A stretch of 64,000 nt of DNA. Source: Macrostomum lignano. Its lineage: Eukaryota. The stretch is from the NCBI GenBank assembly GCA_002269645.1, contig NIVC01000290.1:16286-80285 (forward strand), in the 5' to 3' direction. Below the pieces are notes generated by a model. The model was not told where the DNA came from. It saw only the letters and a program-made list of their open reading frames with translations, and searched no databases. A program made the position numbers and the translations under genes. Below are positions 1-12,790 of this stretch, piece by piece (the first letter of the stretch is position 1; the number at the start of each line of letters is the position of its first letter).

Positions 1-472
1 GCTCGTAGAACTCGCGGCTGCTGCAATTTCCTCCGTCGTTGAACTGACAACTGAACACCAGGGTCTCCGGCCAGATGCCCAGGTACTGCTTGAACTTGTC
101 CCGGCCTACCGTGTGCACGGCGGCCTCGATGTTGATTGAGCTGGCCGAGCCGGGCTGCACCGCGCTGTACTGCGCGATGTACTGCACCAGGTGCTGCATA
201 AATGAAGTCATGCCCAGAGCGGCGCTGGTGAAGCTGATGGGGACATTGTTGCACAGCACCAGCTCCGGAAACGTGACGCTGTCGGAGTTCTTTATAGTTA
301 CCACCGTGGGATTGGCCAGGTATTCGTTAACACTGATTGTCACCTGGTAGGAGGTGACGGCCAGCAGCGAGGCGCACATCAGCAGCGCCAGGCCCTGCAG
401 GAAGCTCGGCTTGTCGGCGAAGGGCAGGGGAAACGCGGCGGGGCCAGTCGCTGACTTCTCTGTCGGTTCCAT
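1..472 (-). CDS. DEG/ENaC (amiloride-sensitive sodium channel family) protein, N-terminal part; continues past window start
   Basis: Hand translation from ATG 472 (not in ORF track): MEPTEK...TM1 FLQGLALLMCASLLAVTSY...YLANPTVVTI...VTFPELVLCNN (FPxxTxCN motif)...ETLVFSCQFNDGGNCSSREF. Open to the window edge. Confidence 0.85.
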   Translation of the reverse strand, partial: MEPTEKSATGPAAFPLPFADKPSFLQGLALLMCASLLAVTSYQVTISVNEYLANPTVVTIKNSDSVTFPELVLCNNVPISFTSAALGMTSFMQHLVQYIAQYSAVQPGSASSINIEAAVHTVGRDKFKQYLGIWPETLVFSCQFNDGGNCSSREFYE

Positions 473-1613
473 TTCTGCTGACAATATGAGGCTGAGAAGA
501 TGAGGCTTGGCTACTGCAGTATGTCAGGTGGCAGACAGAGCTTTTCTACTCACTTCGTCTCAACCGCCGCCTGTTCCTGCAAACTTTGCAATTTGTAGGT
601 TTTTGGCACCCGTTGCCATTGGCAACGCTGATTGATTGACCAAAGGTTGCAAGGCTGGCATGTATGATTCCAGGCAGTTGTTTATTTGCCTTATTAGACT
701 ATAGGTAGGTAGCAAAAGTTTCATGGACAGGATAGATGAAGCTGTCCGGGAAAAGGGCAGAATTGCATTGTTCCCGAAGCGCATTGTCCGGAGCGTTGCA
801 ACTTCCAGGTGCTTTAGCGTGCCCGTGTGGGCTTTATAGTTGCTTGCCGTACTAATTAAGTTACCGATTCGCGTGTTTGGCCATTGCCTCAGTGACCACT
901 TGAGCACCTGTACTGAGACAGGCAGCTTGATTCTCCTAGCACAACATCAATCCGTGTAACCCAGGGAGCAGGCAATGTCACCTGAACTGTTTATTCCAGT
1001 ATCTGCTACAAACACATCCAGATGCTGCATATACTACTGCTGCACAAAATTCGCTGGAACTTCATCCAGCTTGCCAATTGTGCGAAGAGATGGCAATTTT
1101 GAATGCGACCTGAAATACTTTGGGATATTGGGAATACACGAGTGACTGCACTGAGAGCACAGTTTTATTGCCCAACTGCCAATACAGCTGAGTGCGTCAA
1201 TTTATTAACAATTGCACTGAACTGCACGTTGCCATGGAGACGCTGCTGTCAAGCCGGAGGGCTTTGAGTTCACAATAAAGCGCTTCCAACCCCCGCAGCT
1301 GCGCACTTCCGGGGCAGTGAGGTGACGGACTGCGCCGGCGCGCGCTGCCTCAATTAGTGCGATAAGGGCGGCACGGATCCACCTTGGCGTCAGGCATCCG
1401 TTGCACTTTACCCATCTGGAAAGTTTTTCTAGCAGTAGGTAGAGACAAAATATTTCTATCCTTAATTTCGCGCAGCCAATCGGTTGTAGCTAATGGCGGA
1501 ATTACCATGGCAACCGCACACTAACCATTGAGAACTCCAGTAGATTAGAGATCTTCCTAGCCGGCAGAGGTGCAGTCCGTCAGATAGTTTATTTTCATTC
1601 ACGGCTTGAAGCA

Positions 1614-3433
1614 ATGCAGGCAGTGCAGGACCAAGTCGTTGCGATGCCATCAACTACAATGACTGAGACCCCCAGCACCGGAGCGCTGGTGACGCAGGTC
1701 CTGGCCGCGGCTGCCAGCGAGACCACAGCCCACGGGCTCAGCAGGCTAGCGGGCCAGAGGCCGCTCTACATCAAGCTCTGCTGGCTGCTGGCCTTCCTGG
1801 CCTTGCTCGCTGTGTTCACCTTCAGCATGCACGGCTTCACAAGCAAGCTCGTCAGAGGCGAAGTTAGCACTTCCTACGAGGCGGAGGCTGTGGACTTCCA
1901 GTTTCCCGATGTGTACTTCTGCAACAATGTCCAGGTGTCGGGCACCTACTCCATTACGCTCGCCAGCGAGGTCGTCGCCGAGATCAACGCCAAGATGACC
2001 GCCTCGTTCGCCACCTTCGATTCGGCGCTGCAACGGCTGCTCAAATCGTCGCTCACGAACGCCACCGAGTCTCAGATCGAGCAGATGAAGCTGCACAGAC
2101 TGAAGTCCGCCATCCAGTCAATGCCGTACAGCTTGCTGGTGGACCATCTCGCTCACAAGGAACAGCAGACGGTACTGAAGAATGACAGCAAGTCGGGCGT
2201 CTCCCTCAGACCCTTCTACCACCGAATCACCTCAAGTGTCTCAAGGTCGAGCTGACCGAGCAGAGACTCGCTGAGCTGAGCAAGGTCAACTTGGAGATCA
2301 GCTTCCAGTTCATTCTGGATCCGTACTTCACCGACTTTTATGTCGCATTGAAGATCTGGACGTATTCGCAGGTAATGAGCGTGACCGTCGCGCTGTACAG
2401 AAACCTGACTGCATACCAGGTCGACTGGGACCTGGACTCGCCCTACGAGATCGACAGGCCGATGGGAATGAGGCTGTACCTGGCTCCTCGAGGCGAGTAC
2501 CCGAGCAGGTTCGTGACCAACTTCCTGCTCGCTCCCGGCAGGTCCTACAGCATCGGGCTCAGCATGCAGAGCATCAAGAAGGAGCCCGAGGCGTACGGCG
2601 GACGCTGCCTGACGGAGGCTCCCGACGTGCAGTTCGTCAATCCGTACGACGGCTCGGCGTACGCGTTCGGCTACAGCAACAGCTTCTGCTACTTCTCAGA
2701 GTTCGCTCGGCAGCTGTCTGTGAACGGTAGCTGCAGTCCGTACGTGAACCCGCTGCCGTGGCAGTTCAGGCACCTGCGCTTCTGCCTGAATGCGAGCGGC
2801 CTGAACGAGTCTCAGATCGAGTCGAACCTCCTGCAGGCGTTCACAGCTGACACGGCCGCGCTGAGCGACTTCCAGCAGCTGTGCCAGAGCAGGCAGCTGT
2901 GCGTGTCACGAAAGTACGAGACCAGCACCTCCAGCGCGAACTGGCCCAACGAGAACGGGCAGATCCGGCTTGTCACGGACATCATGAAGCCCATCTTGGA
3001 TGGCTCTCCCAATGTATCGAGACCCGCTTGGAGTGCAATATATTCCAACATAATTTATTACCTTACAATAGGAGAGCCTGACATCTCTGCTGCAGAAGCT
3101 CTGGCCAGCAAGTTCTTCTCCCGCTCGGGCCTGGAGGTGACGCTGCGCAGTCAGCAGTCGCGCAGCTCGCAGATCCGGCTGTCGCCCGGCTACTCTCTGC
3201 AGACGTTCATCGCCGACATGGGCGGCACTGCGGGCATCTACCTCGGCTGCAGCCTGCTGAGCCTGTGCGAGCTCGTCGAGCTGCTGTACAACCTGATCGC
3301 CAAGACCCGAGGGCAGCGAAGCTCCAGCAACATCGTCCGCGTGAGGCCCGCGCCACCGACGGCCAGCAGCTCGGGCACGCCGGACTGCAGCGAGGTGGAG
3401 CTGGGCGACAAGACGGCCGAAAAGGCAGCTTGA
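1614..3433 (+). CDS. DEG/ENaC channel subunit, apparently single exon, one frameshift at ~2222
   Basis: ORF 1614..2255 has pre-TM1 TTAHG, TM1 and FPDVYFCNN. ORF 2291..3433 has the Cys-rich thumb and TM2 YSLQTFIADMGGTAGIYLGCSLLSLCE. Adding one C at 2222-2223 joins them as PFYHPNHLKC, matching the FxHPxYGNC motif. Confidence 0.9.
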
Positions 3434-3974
3434 GGACTCGCCTCGGCTGACAATTCTTGGATTTGACAACCTGATCTCCAACTGTTTACGATCTTTTTCC
3501 GCGAGTATTGACTTTCCTGACGTTTATTTCATCTTTTCATTATTTCTTTATTTCATCGTAGAGCTCTCATCAGTCTCCTGTTTGCGAATATTTTATGCAG
3601 TTTAAGCTATCACTATATCAAATATTTCTTGTTTTGAATAGTTCCTCTCTTTCCGTTGTCTATTCTTCTTTGAGTTTGGATGAGTTTTTATCAGCTTCTG
3701 TCAGTGTCTTTAAAGCTGCTGTAGCTAGGGCGAACCGTCTGGCAGCTTCAGTGCCTGAGCCCTTCGGTTCGTGCCGCGCAATCTGCTGAGCGAGCGAGTA
3801 GTGCTGAGCCATCTGGCGCGGGCGGGCAGCTATCTGCTCCGTTTTCCCGCTCCTTGCGATTTGGCTCTTCGTTTGCCCCTTGGGGTAAGGGACAGGCGCA
3901 GACTCTGTCCAACTCTGTTTGTGAATCGCATGTGAAGGTGCGAAAACTTCACCTCCCATTAGGCGACTGGGTCA

Positions 3975-4235
3975 CTTAGGACTAGACTCGCTTAGGACTA
4001 GACTCGCTTAGGACTAGACTCGCTTGGGACTAGACTCGCTTAGGACTAGACTCGCTTGGGACTAGACTCGCTTAGGACTAGACTCGCTTGGGACTAGACT
4101 CGCTTAGGACTAGACTCGCTTAGGACTAGACTCGCTTAGGACTAGACTCGCTTAGGACTAGACTCGCTTAGGACTAGACTCGCTTAGGACTAGACTCGCT
4201 TAGGACTAGACTCGCTTAGGACTAGACTCGCTTAG
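3975..4235. repeat. 16-bp minisatellite (CTTAGGACTAGACTCG)n, ~16 copies
   Basis: Unit read directly. Confidence 0.95.
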
Positions 4236-4915
4236 CAGTGGATCTCTTACCTTCTTGGTACAATGTACATCAGCGCAGAGGGCCAAGCTCTGGTGCAGAC
4301 GTCTGCAGACTGTTTTTCTCTTAGGGCTCTCTTTGCCAGGGCAGTAGACGTTGTAGCGTGACTGCTTCTCTCTGTCCAGCGAGGTGTACCTCATTTGGAT
4401 CCTGTACGCCTCGCAGAGGAAGGCATGGATGTTGCTGAGCAAACTCATTCCCCTTTGCCTGACCGAGTTTCAGCTACTGAGAGTAGCCAGCGTGGCAACC
4501 TACGAGTAATTCTCGGCGGGTGGAAGAGGCATGGACTTCGGTGCCAGTGTGGACTGTGAGTGTGAGGGTTGCACATCCCTTTAAAATAAGCGCAGCCTAC
4601 AGTAAGCCAAGGCAGAGTGCCTGTAGGCAATTTGATGTAAGCCGCTGGCCTCTGAGTGCAATCAGGTATCTGACTCCTCATCCTCTCTGTTGCCGCATGA
4701 GACGGCTTTTCAGGGCACATTAACTCGGTTTCTGACTGGATCAACACCTGTCAAGACTCAGGCAAAAGAGCTTGAGCAGCGCAGGGAGTCTAGCGGGGCG
4801 CCTGGCTGCAGGTACGTCGCTGGTCCGTGGCTGGCTCAGTGGCTTCGACCTCAGTCTTTACCCAGCATGTTACTAACCTCAGTAGTTTGTTCCGCAAAGG
4901 TTACAACGCGTCTCT

Positions 4916-5331
4916 GGGGAGATTAGTGTGCGTCTCAGGGGAGATTAGTGCGCATCTCAGGGAGATTAGTGTGCATCTCAGGGAGATTAGTGTGCATCTC
5001 AGGGGAGATTAGTGTGCATCTCAGGGAGATTAGTGTGCATCTCAGGGAGATTAGTGTGCATCTCAGGGGGATTAGTGTGCATCTCAGGGGGATTAGTGTG
5101 CATCTCAGGGGAGATTAGTGTGCATCTCAGGGAGATTAGTGTGCATCTCAGGGAGATTAGTGTGCATCTCAGGGAGATTAGTGTGCATCTCAGGGGAGAT
5201 TAGTGTGCATCTTAGGGGAGATTAGTGTGCATCTCAGGGAGATTAGTGTGCATCTCAGGGAGATTAGTGCGAGTCTCAAGGGAGATTAGTATGCATCTCA
5301 GGGAGATTAATGTGCGTCTCTGGGGAGATTG
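4916..5331. repeat. 21-22-bp minisatellite (GGGAGATTAGTGTGCATCTCA)n
   Basis: Unit read directly; length varies in the G run. Confidence 0.95.
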
Positions 5332-5872
5332 GTGAGCGTCCAGCTCTCTTTTGCCGGCGTGAAGGCGCCGAGAACCTGCATTGGAAATCTCATTACCAGA
5401 TTATGCGAGAATAGAAACTAAGAAACCCCATCCCGCAGACGGATCTGCAGAGCCAGGACACACGTGAAGAGGTTGTTGTCCCTGAATAGAGACAAGATGC
5501 GTGGGACTGCATAATCGAGCAGACTGTGGGAGACAATGGATGCTGGGAATTCAGTTTTAAGGGGGACTTGATGCTAAGCTAGGATTCCTCATTTCTTGAA
5601 GGGCTTGAGCTCTTCCTGATCCACGTGCAATACAAATGCCTTTGAATGGCTGAAGTTAGCCTAAACTGAAGCTGCGAGTAAAACAAGGACTTGAAATTTT
5701 CATAGAAACACTTCAACCCAGTCTCGCCGTCGAGATCGATAGCTTGGGCGCGACAGGAAGGAGTTTCGCTCCGCATCGGTGAGCAGCCGCCAGCCTCCCG
5801 GCCAGCGCCAACCCCCAAGCCTTCATAACCCGTGCCTGGAGCCTCTCACTTGCTGCAGGTTTCTCACCCAGC

Positions 5873-8096
5873 ATGCTGCCAGGCTCTGTCGCAGTGCTGC
5901 TCCTCGGCTGCTGCAGCCTCGCAGCCGGTCAGGCAATTTTTCGATCGAGGATTCTGTGCAGCACCGACTGCTTCAACATCAGCGTGACGAGCCAGGCAGC
6001 GGCCTACTCTGCCAGCGTCTGCCACGGCCTCGGAATGCAGCAGCTGGGTCAGGACAGCCTCGAGCTGTTCGTTCAGCACCTCCCACAGCTAACAAGGTTG
6101 GAGTGACATTTGAACGTGAACATTTACACCCACGCGATGAAGGATTAGAATTACTTTTGCTTCATAGTAATCTTAAGCTGAATTCCGCGTTTCAAATGAA
6201 TTTGTCCGGGCACTCCTAGACACCCCCTCGTAGTTCCATTTGGCTCCGAGCGCAGGTTGAGCCAGAGAGGCCAAGTTGGGGCAGTGCGAGCCAGGGGAAT
6301 CTGATACTAAAATCTCCCAAGTTTTTACCCCCAGCCAGGCCGGACTCCAATGATTTGCTTGCATCCGGCCTTTTCTCCCTAAATCCCTTCGGTGCAATTC
6401 TGACATTTCCTTTGTTTATCTCGGCGTTTTTTTGTGTCGCGATCGACTTTGACCAGACCGTCTGCGCTGTAAAATATTTCACTTGGCGGTCAGCTGCAGG
6501 GGCTTCTGGCCGCAAGCCGATGGGCGCTTTACTGCCGCTTGGAAGTGCGGCCAGAGGGCACGTGCGGTCTGCTAGTTGTTTAAGTACCATCTACCGGTAC
6601 TTGCAGGGCAGTGTACCTCAAAGCTATTCGGGATTTAGTTAAAGGCCCAGCGTTACTAAAAAGAGCATTAGCTGATTTACCAGGTAGAAACTTTGTAGAA
6701 TGCATGACATCGAATTGGGTTTTATCTAAGTCTCCAGCGTAGTTCTTCAACTTCAAAACTGATGAGCTAACTCAGACCTTATAATTTTGGAAGTGTCAAA
6801 GCTTCATCGGAGCCGTACAAGTGACTGTGATCGCATCGAACTCTTCCCCACTTCTCACCCTATGCTCCTTGAACCCCGCAGCGGCCTCAGCCAGTCCCTT
6901 GTACTGGACTGACGCCACGATGGCTCCGCGGGCGTCGCCGGCGGATCGCGTGTTCGTGTGGCGCAACCAGACCAGCCAGCTCTACGTCTCCCCGGCCGCC
7001 GTGCTGACCGGATCCAAGTCCTTCAGCGATCCGGACTCATCCCGACAGTGGCTGTGATAACCAAGAACACGAAAAACAGCAGAGACTGGCAAGTGAAGAA
7101 AGTGACCAAAGGCGAGGGGCTGCCCATCTGCATGTGCACCTGCCCAAATCCGGCAGCGGCCTGCTGCAACCAGGTGTCGGCGTACTTCTGCAGCAGCGCG
7201 AGCGGAACAAATTTCTGCTTCCGCGTGATAGTCGACACTGCGAGGCCGTACCTGGAGGTCGCGTCCTGGTGTGGCAGGATAGCAGGAGAGATCCCGCTGG
7301 ACCTGAGCGAGGACGGATCGGTCGAAGCCTTCAGCAAGTAGGAGCTCTTTAGTTTTAAGCAGCTTGGCATGTCCCTTTGTCCCTTTTAAATAATTGCACC
7401 GATTCACATTCGATTCCAACTGGAATTTGCAGCGTGTTCGACTCGCTCATCGATCCGTGCCATCCTTGCGTGCTTGCCTATGAGGAGTCGCCCTATCGCT
7501 TCAACGGCGGCCACGGTGCCAAGCTACAGATCAAGACTATGAGCCTGGTGGACGGCTACCTGCAGAAGAAAGTCTCTGAGTCCAAATGGGGCATCGTTGC
7601 GGTCCGAGACTCGGCTACGCTCGCCTTCTCCGGCCTGCAGGAGGTGGACACCTCGGCTAGTAGTGCTCAATTTGTCTGCGCCATTCCGGCTGAGCCAGAA
7701 ACGACAACCACAACGCTATTAGCAACAACGCCCTCAGTGACTGTAGAGTCCACAGCAGCCACCTTAACAACTTCAATATCCTCAACAACAGGAACTTTGA
7801 CGACACCAGCTGCAACAACATCTACAACACCTTCAATAAGATCTTTAACAGCACAAACAACTGCACAATCGACAGACAGGATGACAGCATCCACGGAAGA
7901 GTCCGTAACTACCCCAGGTACGCAGCCGGCTCCAGCCACTCAGAAGTCCCAAGAAGAATTGATCGCTAAGAATATTCAAACTTACGAGAGTTCAAAACAG
8001 AAAGCCATTGTCTATCTCCTACCAGCTCTGTTTATGGTCCTAGCACTGCTTGTGATTTACTACTTCGGAAATCTGGCATTCACTCAAGGTGTCTGA
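5873..8096 (+). CDS. Type I membrane protein: signal peptide, probable divergent C-type-lectin-like domains, Thr/Ser mucin stalk, C-terminal TM; exons ~5873-6096, 6882-7337, 7433-8096
   Basis: Signal peptide MLPGSVAVLLLGCCSLAAG; GT-AG introns 6097..6881 and 7338..7432; Cys/Trp pattern (YWTDA, W..PICMC, FCFRV..SWC, QFVC); T-rich stalk; TM AIVYLLPALFMVLALLVIYYF. Needs a 1-bp deletion at ~6899 and a 1-bp insertion at ~7032. The lectin assignment is tentative. Confidence 0.65.
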
Positions 8097-9210
8097 GTCG
8101 CATTGCATGAAAAGTCCCAGAGGAACAATGACTCTTTCTGGAGCTGCTTAACACTAGTGTATGAAAATCTTTGAGATACTTCCAACTTTTTTGAAGCTCA
8201 GTAGATTTTCTGAAACAATTATACCAGCTTTGCAGATCTGTCAATTCACTCAGCCATCTGGCTGGCGGTTTGAAATGCAGTTTGTCAAGCTGCCTGTTCA
8301 TTGTCTGCCTGTCTGTCTCAATGCTATTCAGCACACAGCACTGTTCAATTGGCTATATAAGCGTATACTGACGGCTCAAGACTATCACTTGGCAGCCACT
8401 ATTACGCTGGATCGATATTCAGTCCAGGCAAGGGCAGGGCCGATCCTCACCAGTCTTGAAATGCTTGCGGTGCCGAACCAGACTTTTCGCTTGCGATCCC
8501 AGAGAGCTTATGCAAGTTTTTTTTAATCCTGCAGTACCACAGAAAGAAATCAAATTTTAACACAGAAATTGGACAAAAGCAGCGATGATTAACATGGCTG
8601 AGGCTGCGAATTGTGCAGCCAATCGATGCTAGAAAGCGGTTTTATTCTGTGGCATTTCCGACACTCAATTTGTAAACACAGCGCGCAGGAAGGCGCTTAT
8701 TAAAAAAATTGTTTGCTGTTTAGAAGCCGGCTGCGGTCGATGCGCTGACATTTCTCTCAGGTCCGGGGCAGTAAAGTTGGCGCAGAAACTGGCTGTTAAA
8801 TCGGGATTACACCGGAATCAACCTTCATAAGTCGGACAGAACCAACACGACTGAACTAGAAGAACCATCCTATGATTGATGCAGAGACCAAAGCAAGTTG
8901 TCAAATCAGTCCTATAGATGAGACCTAAGAGTAAGCAGGATAAAGCATTTCAAAGCGCGAACTCGAAAGGGATTAAATCTCTTTGAAAAAATTCGAATGG
9001 GATACAAGATGAAGCTGGAAACTCGTGGGAGGGTGCGAGCTCTGGTCTAATAGCAAAGTAGGCGCTTTGAAACTATTCGTATCAATATAAATATCAGGCA
9101 GTTCAATCCTGGCCTGTTGTACGGACAGCTTAAGATAAGGCGCTTGCAGTTACATGCAGAATAAAAAAGCCAATGGCGAAGGTAAAAAGCTTGTTAATAT
9201 GCCGGACAGT

Positions 9211-12200
9211 CTAGAAAACATTGGACTTCTTTCTTGGCTGCAGCAGCACCGCTGTCATCTGCTCCAGAACCTCCCGTTGTTGTCGCAGCTCCTCGCCCTG
9301 ATCGTCCAGCCAGTTTGCTGCGGCCTCCTGGCGCCGAATTACCTCGGCCAGCTGCTGCTGCATAGCCGCGCCCTCCTGGCTGAAGTCCTCCGGTTCCAGA
9401 CCGACACCGTCTAGCTTAGGTCGCAGCTTGCGCAGCGTCACGGACTGGTAGAACAGATAGAACAGGTATACAAAGTTCCGCTGGTTCTGCACCAGCACTT
9501 CGATCAAGGAGCGGCGACCGCTGCGGCGGCGGCAGCAGGAGAGGCGAGACAGAAGCCACATCAGAAAGTTGCGGGTCTCCAGCAGAATATTTAGCGGGGC
9601 TGGCAGGGCGGAGCGCTTGAAGAACTCCTGGTTGAGGTCGTATCGCTCAAACAGCCACAAAGACTTTGACTCTGAGTCCACCATGTCGATGGTTTTGCTA
9701 AACATGGCCACGATGACGTTCAGAAGAAGAACCTGCACAATAACGATGTAGGCCACCATCAGTACGTACGGCACCAGCACGTTTCCGGGCGACTCCACGC
9801 ACTTCTCCACTGAGTCCTCGGGCTCACCGTTTGTCTCATTTCTCTTGCACACGTTCTGCATATCGTCGAGGCCGTATTCGCCTGCATGGAAGGCAAAATG
9901 CAGTTTAACTTAATATTAACACCAACTACCATTCAATTACAAACGCAAAATTTATCTGAATTTTTTTCGAAGGTTACAAGAAACGTCCTAAAGCCAATAA
10001 TGAATGATTTAACTGACATGTAGACAAACTGTAACAAAAATCCTGGTACCTAGTTCAGCATACCCTGCATGTGCATGTAGATACGTCATCGAAATTGATT
10101 CTGGCTGGCCCACTAAACTCACCGACGATCGTATAGAAGGTTCGATGGAACATTTCGATGAGGATATCATAGGCGGGAAGCTGGATAGCCTTCCCGTTAC
10201 TGCCGATGTATTGACCGTTCGGCCAGAGCAGGGCATGGAATGCGATGCCAAAGCCCAGCATGATGACGAAAAGGATGTATAAAAAGGGAATGAAGTCTTT
10301 CTTGATCATCAGCGACAGCATCTTCAGTTTGACGCCCACCGACTCCAGCACAATCGAGATAAACAATATGCGTATCCAGAAGATCAGAGTGGTAACGACA
10401 ATTAAGATGTAGCACATGTCCTGTGCAGCCTTGCCGTGGCCAATGACGTACGTGGACAGGCGAGATGCGGGGCTGAACTGCCTGGTGACGAAAGCCAGGA
10501 AGCCACATGATATGGCTACCAGGTCGATAGCGTTCCATCCGTCTGATATGTAGACTAGCAGCGTCTCCTCCTCGCAAGCTGCAATCATCTCTCGCAACTC
10601 TTCAACGAAGATTCCAAGCAGGGCAAAGTAGCAGAAAATCTCCGTGCTACTGGCGGTGCCTTGGAAGTCGTGCAGGATCATGGAGGACAGCAGGCTCACA
10701 AATACAAAGTAAAATATGGCGTGCAGGCGGAACTTCACGCAGGGAGTTCTGTAGAACAGCAGCATCTCCTTCATGTAGTCCACGGCACGCACCATCAGGC
10801 CATTGTGGCGGTGTGGCCTGTGGACTTCGTCCTCTTCGGTTGTCAGCTTGTTATTTTTACCAGAAACTGGCAGCAGTTGCACGAGCTCCTGTGCCTTCTC
10901 TTGAGCTTCCGTGTCGTTCTGTAAAATAGCAGCATGGCAGACAGTGTCAGTTGGGTCATTGAGAACCGTCTCGAGGAAGCTGCGCGTGCCGGGGCGCCGA
11001 TAGCGTTTGATGAGGCGTGGCAGAAGCAGCATGAACGGAGGCAAGAAGCCGGACACAATGACCAGCTCGCGCGTGAGGACGCTGCTAAAATCGAAAAAGT
11101 CGCCGTACCAATTTTTGTCCGTAGCCAACTCCACGATGTCCAGCTTGATGAATTCGCTTGCGCAGCCTCGGGCCGAGAGATCCAGGATGTTATAGCCGGC
11201 ATAGTTCGGCAATGGTAGGCTGACGTAGCTAATGGTAAGACTGTTGTTTGGCGAGTTGTCCACTTCCTTGACCTCTTTAATGACCTGGATGGCCATGCCC
11301 TCGCAGATTTCCGCTACTCGACCGGCTTTGTCGACGAAGACGTCCTCGATGTCACGCCGATGGCTGAGTGAGCGCAGTACGGTCGTGGCGAGCAGAGCTA
11401 GCGGTACCAGATCGAACTCCTCTTGGCGAAGCAGAGTCGGCACGAGTCTCAGGCGCCCAGTGAGGATGGCCCACATTACGAGCGATTGTAGCGGGTCTCG
11501 CATTGGTCGCTTATGGCAGCTACTGTCCGGGTTGTCGCTACAGCTGTCTTGCATGTCAAACATGAGGGGACGCTTGCTGAAGGACCAATAGGATGTGATT
11601 CTAGCCAGAAACTTGTTCATCTTGACAAAGTCGATTTTCACACCGCTCTCGTCGGTGCAGTTACGACGCAGCAGCTCGCGCACTCCAGCCTTCATTTTGC
11701 GCAGCGCCTTGGCATAGAGATGGTCGATGCTTAACTCGATGTGGCGAGACAGAGATGACCAGAGGCTGCGATTTGCTACAAGGCGCTGCAAAAGTGGCTC
11801 ATTCTGTGGGAACAGTACCAGCTGCACCACCTTCCAGGCGGCGCGACAAAGTATTCCTGAGCTCTCCAGATCCGCGCGAAGCCCAGCATTGAAAGCCTCC
11901 TGCAGCTCGCGAATCAAACGGTCGGCATCCACTTTTCTCTTGGTGATGACGGACTCCAGCATCTCCAGTTGCATGCACCGATCCGCTTCTCTGATCTGCG
12001 CGGCCAACTTTGAGCTGCAGAGACCGTCAATGTGCAGCAAGTGGTCCAGGTAAGCGCCACCTTCGCGGGAGCTGACAATCTGAGCCATGTTCTCTGCGTT
12101 GACAAAGTGACGCAGGTCGCGGATGATCTGCCGGCCGAGGCAATCAATGCCGGAAGTGTCGCCAGTCTCAGTCAGAAGGTCGATAGCTGTTTTTCCGTTG

Positions 12201-12790
12201 GCATCCATCACATTGAAGTCGGCCCCGTGCCGCAGCAGCAGCGCCAGCAGTTCCGGATTCTCGCACAGGGCGGCAATGTGGAGCGGCGTGTTGCCACTTG
12301 CATTTTGCTTGTTGACGAACTCCGGGCCAGCCTTCACAACAAGTCGCGCCGCGTGACAGTCCTCAGCAAAGCAGGCCACGTGGAGCGCCAGATCACCGTA
12401 GGCATCCTCGAGGCTGCAGTCGGCATCGTGGCTCAGAAGCTCACGAACTATTTCCAGCTGCTTGGCTGCCACCGCCAGGTGCAGAGGCGTCTCCTTGGCC
12501 TGGTTGGTGGCGTTAACGTCGGCGCCGCGGTCCAGCAGCAGGCGCAGACAAGCAAGTTTATCGCTACGCGCGCACACGTGCAGCACCGAGTCCCCGTTGC
12601 GCGTCCGAGCTCCGATTTCAGCCCCAGCGTCCAGGAGCCGGCCCAGCGCGTCCAGAGAGCCTTCGGCGGCAGCAGCGTGAATCAGGCGACGACCGTTGGT
12701 GGCGTCGGCCAGGCCGTTTGGCGTTACTCCCGGTGATGCCATGAAGTCCGCCAGGGTGACCGTCGGCTCGTTCACTGCAAGATGGTCCAT
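9211..12790 (-). CDS. Ankyrin-repeat TRPM-like cation channel; exons 12790-10123 and 9881-9211, 1112 aa
   Basis: About 5.5 ankyrin repeats (ETPLHLA, GNTPLHIA); TRPM MHR4-like segment (LVMWAILTGR...NWYG); six TMs; pore FYTIVGEYG formed across phase-1 intron 9882..10122; LLLNVIVAMF; TRP box LWLFERY..LPAPLNIL; C-terminal coiled coil. Spliced length 3339 nt. Confidence 0.9.

Noticed and set aside
3598-4900. Short minus-strand ORFs (3660-3959, 4206-4448, 4445-4747) flanking the 16-mer array
   Set aside because: No recognisable motifs or consistent splice model. They may be decayed element sequence, but I cannot support a call.
10197-12736. Numerous opposite-strand and alternate-frame ORFs over the TRP gene, and similar ones over the ENaC, mex3 and GPCR genes
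   Set aside because: Shadow ORFs expected from GC-rich coding sequence.
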